The translations under genes and the position numbers were made by a program. From Saccharolobus solfataricus (GTDB lineage: Archaea > Thermoproteota > Thermoprotei_A > Sulfolobales > Sulfolobaceae): a DNA stretch of 32,000 nucleotides. Every line of letters starts with the position of its first letter. Positions within the stretch are counted from its first letter, which is position 1. The stretch covers positions 2,940,001 to 2,972,000 of the forward strand of contig NZ_LT549890.1 in assembly GCF_900079115.1 (NCBI RefSeq), given 5' to 3'. Below the pieces are notes generated by a model. That model did not search any database. It saw nothing but the letters and a program-made list of their open reading frames with translations, and was not told the DNA's origin. Positions 1 through 8,520 of this stretch are shown here, one piece after another.

Positions 1-1
1 A

Positions 2-1096
2 CTATTAGGGGTTTATGGCTTACTATTAATAGACGTAGTTATGAGAGTGCCTGGGGCTTACGTATTGGGACCAATAAGCGATAGGTATGGTAGGAAGCTA
101 GTTACCAGAATATCCAGTTTAGGCTCAGCTTTGCCTTTAGTTGCAGTAGCCCTAATACCAGATCCCTCTCCCTTGTTATTAATAATACTATATGTGATAC
201 AAGGTTTCTTTACGGGAGGATTATCAGCTGGGATAACTGTAGTAGGTGTCGAGGATTTGCCGGAAAGACATAGGGGTTGGTTTGGAGGATCTGGATTTGC
301 TGTTGGTGGTTCAGCGTACCTTCTAGCGTCAATAGTGTTTTTCATAATAATTACCGTAATAGGTAGTTATAACTATATTGAAATAGGATGGAGAATAATG
401 TTCTTGACCTCTCTTCTTATCTTGCCCTTTGGGTTCTTAATGCCTGAGTCCTTAAGGTTTAGGAGAAATAAGGAGAGGGTAAAATCACCTGCTAAGCTGT
501 TAATTTCGTCATACAAGAGACAATTTATATTGTCATCAACGTTAACGGCTCTTTGGGCTTCGATGAATGCGTTAGTTAACGTCATGTTACCTAATTTTCT
601 TTACGCCGTTAATCACTTATCAAAAGTTGAAATAGGATACATGTCCTTGATATACAGTGTAATAGCTATCATTTCGGCATTTATGGGAGGTGAATTGAGT
701 GAAAAAATTGGCAGAAAGAAGGTATCAATGATAGGTGGAATTTTTGGAATTTTGCTCTCACCAGTTTTCATACTAATGTCCCTATCTTCAAGGTCGTTAA
801 TTCCCATTTTTGTTTCAATTCTGGGCTTCGTATCTGTATTTGGAGGTGGTGGGATAATGAGCTACGTAAATGAGAATTTCCCAACCAAAATTAGAAGCAC
901 TGGGGTATCCTTAAGCTGGAATATAGGGTTCTTAGTTGGAAATTTCGTCCCATTACTTCTCATAACTGTCCTTTACCTTACTTCAATAACATTATTCCCA
1001 CTCGTGGAAATGGTAACTATGATCATTCTTGGCGCATTAATAATTTCGGTAAGCGTTATCTCGCATGAGACAAAGGGCAATATAGAGAAGGAGTAG
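2..1096 (+). CDS. MFS transporter, 5' end cut by window edge
   Basis: The frame stays open from base 2 upstream of the listed ATG at 41. The protein is very hydrophobic and multi-TM, with MFS cytoplasmic-loop motifs GPISDRYGRK and SEKIGRKK. Confidence 0.8.
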   Translation, partial: LLGVYGLLLIDVVMRVPGAYVLGPISDRYGRKLVTRISSLGSALPLVAVALIPDPSPLLLIILYVIQGFFTGGLSAGITVVGVEDLPERHRGWFGGSGFAVGGSAYLLASIVFFIIITVIGSYNYIEIGWRIMFLTSLLILPFGFLMPESLRFRRNKERVKSPAKLLISSYKRQFILSSTLTALWASMNALVNVMLPNFLYAVNHLSKVEIGYMSLIYSVIAIISAFMGGELSEKIGRKKVSMIGGIFGILLSPVFILMSLSSRSLIPIFVSILGFVSVFGGGGIMSYVNENFPTKIRSTGVSLSWNIGFLVGNFVPLLLITVLYLTSITLFPLVEMVTMIILGALIISVSVISHETKGNIEKE

Positions 1097-1163
1097 TTTC
1101 TTCCAATCCTCCCTAAATTACACCTCAATTCAATTCCTATAATGATGTCTAACAGCAGCGAAC

Positions 1164-2395
1164 TACCCTCACCGGCAGACCCAAAATGACCCCCTTGAAA
1201 ATAAATCTGTAAGATTATTAAGCGTTTCCTTTGTTTTAATGGAATTATCCTCCGGTATTAATGTAATAAAAGGATGAGTAAAAGTCTTCCCTCTTCACAT
1301 CCTTGAATGTGGTGAAGAGGCACCACATGCTTCGCCTCTAACAAAGTGGACTGTGGCAGTAACGTGATTTTCTGCCACCGTGGAAGGAAGTAGAGAGCTA
1401 TCATGAAGATCAGCTTACGGAACGCGAACTTGGTTGAGCTTATGAACGGGAGAAACGACTTGATATTCCTATAGGAAGTCTCTATTGGGTTCACCTTGCT
1501 GTAAAGCCTAAACACCACATCCTTGGGTAGATCTAGGTTCGTGGCCCTAGCGAAGTACTCAATTCTTCCTCCTAATCCCTACCTTGAACAATTAACTTGA
1601 ACTTCACCTGCTCGTCCCTCCTATGTCTCTTGCTATTCTTCGCCTTCATCGAAATCGTCGTAGATTTTCAAGGTACCTACTGGGACTGCAACTTGAAATG
1701 GGAGATGAAGTTCAACACGTCTAATGAGTAGAATCCTGCGTCAAGTGTTATCACGTTTACTTTTAGACCCATTGGTGAGATCTGTTCAATAAGTAGCTTG
1801 ACTATGTCGTCTTTTGTTATCCCTTTTTCTTGTTAGATGAATGCTAGTATTTTCCCGTTGTGTTTTGTCGTTGCAGTTGCGTAGTTCCATGAGTATCCAT
1901 CTTCTGAGCTACCTAACCTCTCTACCGGTCTGCCACCTTATCGTGGTCCAATCTATTGATATGTTTACTTTCCTCACTGCTTTTAGCATTTCAAGGGATA
2001 GTTGCTTCACTCGTTCGAGTAATTTCTCAGCTACTTCTTCTTTCTCGGCGTAGTTCCTCACTGTTTGGCTTGAGGTCTCGAACATCTTTGACTTGTTCTC
2101 GATTGAGTCGTTCCACGGCTGTGACGAGGGTTTCACTTGTTCTTTTCCCTTTCTTCCCTTAAAGTCTATCATGGAAAGTAATTTATACCCTATTTGCTGA
2201 ATTTAGGTGGGGAAAGTCGAGTATTATCATTTGGAATTCACTTCTTGGTAATATAGATCTCCTCACCTTAAATCTTTCTTTAGTCGTTGAGTTCCTAACA
2301 AAGCTATAATTTCTATTATTTTTCCAGAATCTAATATTACTCAAACAGAATTATTTTTTGTAAAATAATTTTGGGTCTACCGAGTCCCGAGGGTA
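1164..2395 (-). mobile_element. Decayed ~1.23 kb DDE-type insertion sequence (IS4/IS5/ISH3 superfamily; length fits ISC1234 but the name is unverified)
   Basis: Imperfect terminal inverted repeats: 1164-1187 (taccctc-acc-ggcagacccaaaat) versus the reverse complement of 2368-2395 (taccctc-gggactc-ggtagacccaaaat). They enclose a broken transposase frame on the minus strand. No target duplication is recognisable. Confidence 0.6.
1258..2172 (-). pseudogene. DDE transposase pseudogene (several frameshifts and in-frame stops)
   Basis: Minus-strand reading needs at least 3 frame changes. Fragments are MIDFKGRKGKE...WQTGREVR(stop), then ...KILAFI(stop)QEKGITKDDIVKLLIEQISPMGLKVNVITLDAGFYSLDV (DDE D-motif), then ...YSKVNPIETSYRNIKSFL (Y-x2-R/K-x3-E-x6-K type motif). 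Confidence 0.7.
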
Positions 2396-2901
2396 CCGAT
2401 CCAGCTCCTACAGCCGAGGTCTAAGAAAATTTTCACATATAACTATAAAAACGTTTCTATAAGGGGGCTATCCATCTCTCACGGAAGGGGACTTTCGCCC
2501 CCTTAACCCCCATTAAGTCAAATCCCTCTTTTTATTTGGGAAACTCGATTAGTAGTTTTAGGAAATTCCCTTATCATAAAAAGTCAAAATATTTATCCAT
2601 GTGTTTATAAATATCTTTCATTGTACTTCTTAATATTATAGCTTATTAATAAACATTTTTCATCTAACCAGGAAAGATTTATTATATATTTTTAACGTAA
2701 CGTAAAAGTGTAACGATTTTCCTATAAATGCTACTCGATGTTCCAAAATTACGTTAAAATAGGAAAAACATACAGATTATTAAGAATAACCCAGTTTAGA
2801 CTGTAACACATTTGCATAACTTTTAAATACTTTTAATCATTTCACAATATGATCTTTATTATGATTATGTTTATATATTATTTCCTCTACATTATAAATT
2901 G

Positions 2902-3090
2902 ATGAACTCCATACTGATGACGGGCTATGCTCACGAGGTATTGGGGGCGACAAATACGGATGGGAGGGTAGTGGTGTTTCCCTCGACTAGCCCCAATGAG
3001 TTGAGGGTGAGTGTGTATGAGCCCTCAAGAGGGGTGCCCGTGGCGGAATTAGAAGTGGTTAAAAGTAAGCAGAAGTTACGCCACGGGTAA
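2902..3090 (+). other. GC-rich island: either a leaderless small ORF (62 aa) or a structured ncRNA; unresolved
   Basis: GC content jumps in an otherwise very AT-rich spacer. The TATA-like ttatatatta at 2871-2880 is centred about 26 nt before the ATG at 2902. Two perfect hairpins are present (2940-2946/2991-2997 and 3001-3008/3021-3028). The product has no recognisable family. Confidence 0.3.
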
Positions 3091-4111
3091 ACACAGCTAG
3101 GATAAGTCTATTCACTTTCTTAACCTTACCCTCTAAAGAACTAATAGCAAAGGATTTAATGAATGACGCTATGGGACCACTTATTACGGTGTTCTTTATC
3201 AAACCAATATAATCTTCACCAATCTTGAGCACTATAGCTCTCTGTACTGGTTTAAACTCTACTTTCTCATCCTTTATTGCATTATTCATGGCAACTTCGC
3301 CAGCCTGTAAGGAAACTTGTGCAGATTGTGGAATAAACCCATCCTTAAAGTTAGCACAATCCCCCGCGCCATAAACGAAATCATAATCGATTGATCTGAG
3401 ATATCTGTCAACTAGCATTCTATTGTTCTTATTCGATAATGCCATTTCCTTTATTATTTTAGGACCGGAAAAACCTGCAGAGAAGATTACATAATCACTC
3501 CTTATTCTTCCTTGCGTGGTAACTACCTCATTCTGATTTACTTCCTCTACCTTAGCACTTAAAATTACGTTAACGCCTTGATTTTCCAAAACCCTTTGAA
3601 CTTCCCTAGAGAAATCGGAGACCAGATAGGGTAATAGTCTACTTTCTGCCTCAACTAAATTTACAATATGACCCCTCTTCCTCAACGCTCCAGCCAACTC
3701 GACTCCTAACGCTCCTCCTCCGAGAATTGTAACTACGGAACCCTCTTTAAATGACTTAATCTTTTCTATATTTTCCAAAGTAAATCCTATACCGTAATTT
3801 TCAGCTCCCTTTATCTTACTTAAATCTTGCTCATAACCTAAGGCAATTATTAATTTATCGAACTTGATTTCACCATTAGTCGTTATTACCTTCTTCTCCT
3901 TAAAGTCAACCTTTAAAATCTTAGCCTTAACGTCAACTTTCCTATGAATTAAGGCGTATGATAAAGGAAGGTTCTTCTCTATAACCTCTACCAGCCTTGG
4001 AGTAACTACCATGAAGTCCTTTTCGTCAACGAGTATTGCATTAGGATATACTAACTTAGCCGCAATACCTGCAAATCCTCCTCCTAATATTACTACTCTT
4101 TCACCTTGCAT
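3059..4111 (-). CDS. FAD-dependent pyridine nucleotide-disulfide oxidoreductase (type II NADH dehydrogenase / SQR-like)
   Basis: Two Rossmann dinucleotide motifs (VVILGGGFAGIAAK near the N-terminus and VTILGGGALGVELAG mid-protein) plus a GAGDCA FAD motif. Length is 350 aa. Confidence 0.85.
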   Translation of the reverse strand: MQGERVVILGGGFAGIAAKLVYPNAILVDEKDFMVVTPRLVEVIEKNLPLSYALIHRKVDVKAKILKVDFKEKKVITTNGEIKFDKLIIALGYEQDLSKIKGAENYGIGFTLENIEKIKSFKEGSVVTILGGGALGVELAGALRKRGHIVNLVEAESRLLPYLVSDFSREVQRVLENQGVNVILSAKVEEVNQNEVVTTQGRIRSDYVIFSAGFSGPKIIKEMALSNKNNRMLVDRYLRSIDYDFVYGAGDCANFKDGFIPQSAQVSLQAGEVAMNNAIKDEKVEFKPVQRAIVLKIGEDYIGLIKNTVISGPIASFIKSFAISSLEGKVKKVNRLILAVFTRGVTSAYF

Positions 4112-4253
4112 ATGTTTATACTTTACACATAACTATTTAAATATTACAGCTAATCTCTTAACTAATGAGTCATTCTTTAGTATGTTTTGTTTTGATAGAT
4201 GACGATACTTATATTTCTAGCAACTTTTTAAGAGCGTAAGCGTTTATCATAGT

Positions 4254-5333
4254 ATGAAAAGTGAGGATTTTTTATTAGTGTTAGCTTCCTCCGTAGGTGG
4301 AATAGTTTGGGGAGCTAACACGGTTATAATGGCGTTATATCTGAAATCGCTTGGTCTAAATCCCTTAACAATAGGAGTAATATTGGGAAGCGCTATAATA
4401 GTTAATACGTTATTATCCTTATTCTGGGCAGTATTGGGAGACGCTTACGGAAGGAAGAAATTCGTATACATATCTAGAGGTGTCGGAGGACTCTCCTTTC
4501 TTCTACTTCTAATAACCCCTTATGCATATCTTTTTATAAACCAAGGTTATGGCCTAATCTCCTCAATACTAGCTGAGAAAAGTGGAGATTTGGATAAGGC
4601 AATGGCTTATAGGTCATCCTTAAATACAATCTTCTCCGTAGTAGGTTCCTTACTGCCAATAGTGCTAAACTATAGAAGCATTATAGCAGTTGACAGTATC
4701 GTAACGTTCTTATCGTTATTACTTCTCATTCCAGTTAAGGAAAATTATAGGGGAACAAGGAAAGTGACGCTTAAAATCTCTTCCTTTAAGGTGTTAGGAA
4801 AACTCTCAACCGAGGCAATAATAGGATTGGGAGCAGGGGTCTTGTTACCTATGCTATCTTTATGGTTCAACTTAAGGTTTCACGCCACAGCTTCATCGCT
4901 TTCTCCAATATATGCAATATCAGAGATAACCTTAGCATTGGGTACCTTAACCTCGCCGTTTTTAGCTAAAACATTGGGTAGAATAAGAGCAATAGTAATA
5001 ACGCATTTTGCCGCAATAGCCCTCCTATTTATAATGCCATTTTCCACTTCCTTATTTATTGCTGGAGTAATTTACGTAATGAGAAACGTATTAATGAATT
5101 CGACTGGGCCATTGATGAATAGCTTAGTTTTCAAAGTTGTGAAAGAAGAGGAAAGGAGTAGGGTAAATAGTATGCTTCAGCTCCTTGATGCAATTCCCCG
5201 ATCTTTAGGACCCAATCTGACAGGTTATTTATTTTATATTGGGAACTTAAATGTACCCTTCTTTATAACGGGATCGTTGTATCTAGTTGCGACAATTCTC
5301 TTCTATAACTTCTTTAAGGATATAAAAATATGA
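4254..5333 (+). CDS. MFS transporter
   Basis: 359 aa and about 10-12 hydrophobic segments, with the MFS loop motif GDAYGRKK after TM2. TATA-like ctttttaag lies about 27 nt upstream of the ATG. Confidence 0.8.
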   Translation: MKSEDFLLVLASSVGGIVWGANTVIMALYLKSLGLNPLTIGVILGSAIIVNTLLSLFWAVLGDAYGRKKFVYISRGVGGLSFLLLLITPYAYLFINQGYGLISSILAEKSGDLDKAMAYRSSLNTIFSVVGSLLPIVLNYRSIIAVDSIVTFLSLLLLIPVKENYRGTRKVTLKISSFKVLGKLSTEAIIGLGAGVLLPMLSLWFNLRFHATASSLSPIYAISEITLALGTLTSPFLAKTLGRIRAIVITHFAAIALLFIMPFSTSLFIAGVIYVMRNVLMNSTGPLMNSLVFKVVKEEERSRVNSMLQLLDAIPRSLGPNLTGYLFYIGNLNVPFFITGSLYLVATILFYNFFKDIKI

Positions 5334-5372
5334 AATAATAAGAAATAATTACTTTAAAAAAGAGGAATGTAT

Positions 5373-5981
5373 TTATACAAACGGAGTCCATTTAGCGAAT
5401 CCAGCTAGGTGGCTAGGCACTGCCTCTAAACCTATATATCCTGCCATAAGTGCTGCGAGGATCAATAGTACTGCATCAATTATTAGGAATACCTTGCTGA
5501 CCTTAACGTTATCAAGAAATACGGCAACTGGATAAAAGAAGATGGAAGATAAACCTGTTAATGCGTAAAGTGCTAATAATGCTATTGGTTCAAGGGTCAT
5601 ATTGTATAAATAACCAGTCACTCCATAGTATATAGTAACTAGTCCGTACAATAATCCCATAAAACCTAAAACTTCCAGCTTATAGTCATTTTTTACACTA
5701 ACTGCAATGCTCATTAATCCAATTCCTAAAATTGGGTATAAGTCGTAAAATAATATGTTGTAGCTACTAATCAATGGCCATACTAACAGTCCGTAAATTC
5801 CAGTAATTGTCATAAATATTCCTAATGCTAGGAGTGGCATATATGCGCTCTTCATGGCGTTCCTATAGTCGACTACTGTACTGTGGACTCTATAGGTCTT
5901 AAATAACGCATAAGCTAATACTAAGAAGCTAACTGCCATAGCTATGAGTTGACTTGTTAACGGATCTATGAATAAAGCCAT
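5373..5981 (-). CDS. Integral membrane protein, ~6 TM (resembles archaeal DUF981-type proteins, unverified)
   Basis: A 202-aa ORF that is almost entirely hydrophobic helices. No catalytic motif is seen. Confidence 0.6.
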   Translation of the reverse strand: MALFIDPLTSQLIAMAVSFLVLAYALFKTYRVHSTVVDYRNAMKSAYMPLLALGIFMTITGIYGLLVWPLISSYNILFYDLYPILGIGLMSIAVSVKNDYKLEVLGFMGLLYGLVTIYYGVTGYLYNMTLEPIALLALYALTGLSSIFFYPVAVFLDNVKVSKVFLIIDAVLLILAALMAGYIGLEAVPSHLAGFAKWTPFV

Positions 5982-6200
5982 TTTATCACCATTTATAATT
6001 ATGGATATATTTGACTATAAGCAACACGTGTTAAAGTATATACTTTTGTATTGAAGTAAGATATAAGTATATAGTATTTAGAGCCCTTCGGGTATACATT
6101 CTTTTTTAAATCTTTTAGATTTATTCAAAATGTCCAACAAATTTAAAGAGAATAATTGAGTTAGCTTATAAATGTTATGTGTATAAATGTATTGAAATAA

Positions 6201-6209
6201 ACGCTTATG
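6201..6209. repeat. Target-site duplication, left copy (acgcttatg)
   Basis: An identical 9-mer directly abuts both IS ends. Confidence 0.85.
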
Positions 6210-7647
6210 CAGTGGTGTTTCACCAATTTTACTCAAAATGATACAATTTCTATGGAAGAGAAAAATATCAGAGCGAAGTTAGAAAATCGGCTTATTTCAA
6301 CACAAGAAGCAAAAAATTTTCATATTTGTTGAAGAAACTAACAGAAAACGAGTTTATATATAAAGAGTAATACCATTTGTCTAGTATTATCAATAGAGGA
6401 AAGTAGGTGGAAGGACGAGATGAACAAGAAAAGGTTAAAGCGAGGGACTCCATAACTCCGTTATGCAAACCATACAAGTATCCAAAACGGAGCTGAAGTC
6501 CCTCGCTATAACTTTAGCAACAAACAATATTAACGTTATCTCTCAAGATCTAGACCCGGAAATAGTGAAAGCAGCACCATCCTTGCTAACCGGAAACAGA
6601 GGAAAATACTACTTGAAGGTAGTAAGACAAGGCGAGAAAGTAATTAGTAAAGGTCAGAGAACCTTCAAGTTCTACCCAATCTACAGAGAAGTAAAGGGAG
6701 AGACCAACGTAGTCGCTGTAGATGAGACCGGATTAACCGTGGGAGAAAAGGAACAAGAAAAAGCAGAGGGCTTTCTACTCTACAACTGGAAGAGAAAAGG
6801 AATAAAGATGAGATCCTTGGACCTCGTATATCCCTTAAGGTTACCCCTCCTAGTGGAGGTAGCAGATTTGAGAAGCGACAGTCCATCACAGTTCCTACTC
6901 AGGAGCGTGAGGGAAGTAAGCCAATACATGGAAATAGATTACGTTGTAGCTGACGCCGGATTCTTGAACCTAGGGGTCATCAAGGAAATGCCCGTGAAGA
7001 CCATTGTGAGAGGAAAGTCGAACTTGAAGGGATTCAAGGAACTATCTAACGTTCCATTAGTTGAGAAGAGATACGAGGTTAAGGACAAGGTTTACGTTGC
7101 GTATAGGGTCTTGGAATTTGAAGGGCTTTATTATTACGATGTGGTTTACGTTAAGGGAAAGCCGAGGCACTTCATGTTCGTAACGAACTTCGAGGGAGAT
7201 CCCTATGAACTGGCTGAACTCTATAGGTTGAGGTGGCAGGTTGAGGAGGGTTTTAAGGTTAGGAAGGCAAGGATAAGGTATGTTAGGAAGTTGAGTAATA
7301 AGATCTTCTTGTTCCTCTATTATACGGTTCTGGATTCTGCGTGGAATCTAGTGAATCATCTTCTCTTTAACTTCAAGTCCACGTGTAAGAAGGTTTTGTC
7401 CTTCGATTCATTCGTCAAGCTTCTCTAACTTTCTCGGTGTTCAGAGGAGACTATGCACGTCGTTTTCACCACGTGAGAAAAATTCAGAATTCTCCTCTTA
7501 TTATTAGAATTGTACGCTATATTTTTTGCAAATTATTTTAACATGTTATGTTTCATAATAATTTTATTGTTTTTCTCTATATCAATCTCTTTTTGAAAGT
7601 GCTAATATTATATCTTTCAAATGAAATAATTTGGTGAAACACCACTG
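6210..7647 (+). mobile_element. Intact 1438-bp IS (IS4/ISH3-type DDE element; length and ends fit Sulfolobus ISC1439)
   Basis: Perfect 17-bp terminal inverted repeats: cagtggtgtttcaccaa at 6210-6226 and its reverse complement at 7631-7647. A 9-bp direct repeat acgcttatg flanks the element at 6201-6209 and 7648-7656. A single uninterrupted transposase ORF lies inside. Confidence 0.9.
6463..7428 (+). CDS. DDE transposase of the 1438-bp IS
   Basis: 321 aa. Motifs are DYVVADAGFLN (DDE aspartate) and YRLRWQVEEGFKVRK (YREK-type motif of IS4-like transposases). Confidence 0.85.
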   Translation: MQTIQVSKTELKSLAITLATNNINVISQDLDPEIVKAAPSLLTGNRGKYYLKVVRQGEKVISKGQRTFKFYPIYREVKGETNVVAVDETGLTVGEKEQEKAEGFLLYNWKRKGIKMRSLDLVYPLRLPLLVEVADLRSDSPSQFLLRSVREVSQYMEIDYVVADAGFLNLGVIKEMPVKTIVRGKSNLKGFKELSNVPLVEKRYEVKDKVYVAYRVLEFEGLYYYDVVYVKGKPRHFMFVTNFEGDPYELAELYRLRWQVEEGFKVRKARIRYVRKLSNKIFLFLYYTVLDSAWNLVNHLLFNFKSTCKKVLSFDSFVKLL

Positions 7648-7656
7648 ACGCTTATG
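7648..7656. repeat. Target-site duplication, right copy (acgcttatg)
   Basis: An identical 9-mer directly abuts both IS ends. Confidence 0.85.
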
Positions 7657-7882
7657 TTATAGGTTTTTATGATTCTAATGTCAAATTATCTGAAAGATGA
7701 TTAGACGGTAAATGAGCTTGACAATTTGGCTTCCTCATTCTTTGGAGTAAGCTTTATATTTTTAAAATCGAATATATTATTTTTAATATTTAGCATTCTG
7801 TAGACGACATCTGTTATTACATAGAAAAATAGAGTAAAATTTTAAGCTATTAATAGTGTTATAGAAATATAGGTGATAAAAA

Positions 7883-8146
7883 ATGATAGGAAGAATACTA
7901 AGTGGTATAGGTGGTATTATTGCTCTAATAGCTAGTTTAGTGAGTATAACTACAAGAGAGCCACTAATTAATCATTTAGTAAAAATATTGCTCATAACTG
8001 GAGATGCAGTAGTAGGTATGGGAATAATAGGACTCATCGGCTCTCTAACTACAATATATGGTGTATATAAGAACAACTGGAAGTACATGGTTAGCGGAGG
8101 TATACTAGGTCTATTTGCTCCGTTACTACTTCCAGTAAGTCTATAG
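7883..8146 (+). CDS. Small membrane protein (3 TM), unknown function
   Basis: 87 aa, glycine-rich hydrophobic segments. The GGTGA Shine-Dalgarno-like motif (aggtga) lies 7 nt upstream of the ATG. Confidence 0.5.
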   Translation: MIGRILSGIGGIIALIASLVSITTREPLINHLVKILLITGDAVVGMGIIGLIGSLTTIYGVYKNNWKYMVSGGILGLFAPLLLPVSL

Positions 8147-8318
8147 TCTAGTATTATTTTATAAAATATTATTAAAAATAATTCCATTGTATTGGCCTTA
8201 ATGAATACATAAAGCTTATCAACTTGATTAATTGATTCCTTGTTATCACTATTTATAAGAAACTTATTAATGAATTATAAAGTGTAACAAATTTCTGGAA
8301 ACAGTAGTGTATACTTTC

Positions 8319-8520
8319 AATACTAAGTATTATAGGGGTTTGGGCTTCATGGGATTTCATGATATTTAATATCAATCCTCAGCCCTTGGGCTTCACCAAA
8401 GTCACGGGGAAACCCGTTCATCCCTCTCCGCCCCATTAGCGGAATAACCCCAACCCACACCCGCGGAATATCACGGATGTGAGGGAATCCGCACATCTTG
8501 AGATAAATATTCAGTGACGC
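8319..8520 (-). ncRNA. Predicted omega RNA of copy A (scaffold overlapping the tnpB 3' end plus ~16-nt guide read from the flank)
   Basis: The GC-rich, hairpin-rich 3' end of tnpB runs to the RE at 8335. By family analogy the guide is the adjacent flank (minus-strand 5'-tataatacttagtatt, 8334-8319). The 5' limit is a guess. Confidence 0.4.

Noticed and set aside
58-807. Minus-strand ORFs 58-345, 373-585 and 613-807, and similar shadow ORFs elsewhere (4011-4202, 8527-8998, 9882-10133, 10390-10704, 11684-11896, 12254-12514, 12906-13163, 14312-14686, 14812-15060, 15274-15612, 15746-15943, 17301-17534, 17592-17825, 20646-20888, 21268-21465, 21589-21885, 22890-23198, 23489-23770, 23901-24128, 26026-26253)
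   Set aside because: All lie antisense to, or out of frame within, longer ORFs that have clear family motifs. Their products are low-complexity with no motifs, which is typical of shadow ORFs.
1841-2162. Plus-strand ORFs 1841-2053 and 1956-2162 inside the decayed IS
   Set aside because: They are antisense to the recognisable transposase remnants and are Ser/Leu-rich nonsense.
2899-2920. C/D box sRNA suggested by ttgatga (2899-2905) and ctgatga (2914-2920)
   Set aside because: The spacing between the putative C box and D'/C' is about 8 nt instead of about 12. No CTGA D box follows at the expected distance, and there is no terminal stem.
2970-2980. 11-nt match (agtggtgtttc) to the terminal repeat of the 1438-bp IS, suggesting a solo end or MITE
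   Set aside because: Similarity stops after 11 nt on both sides, and no partner inverted copy lies nearby. It is kept only as a note within the GC-island finding.
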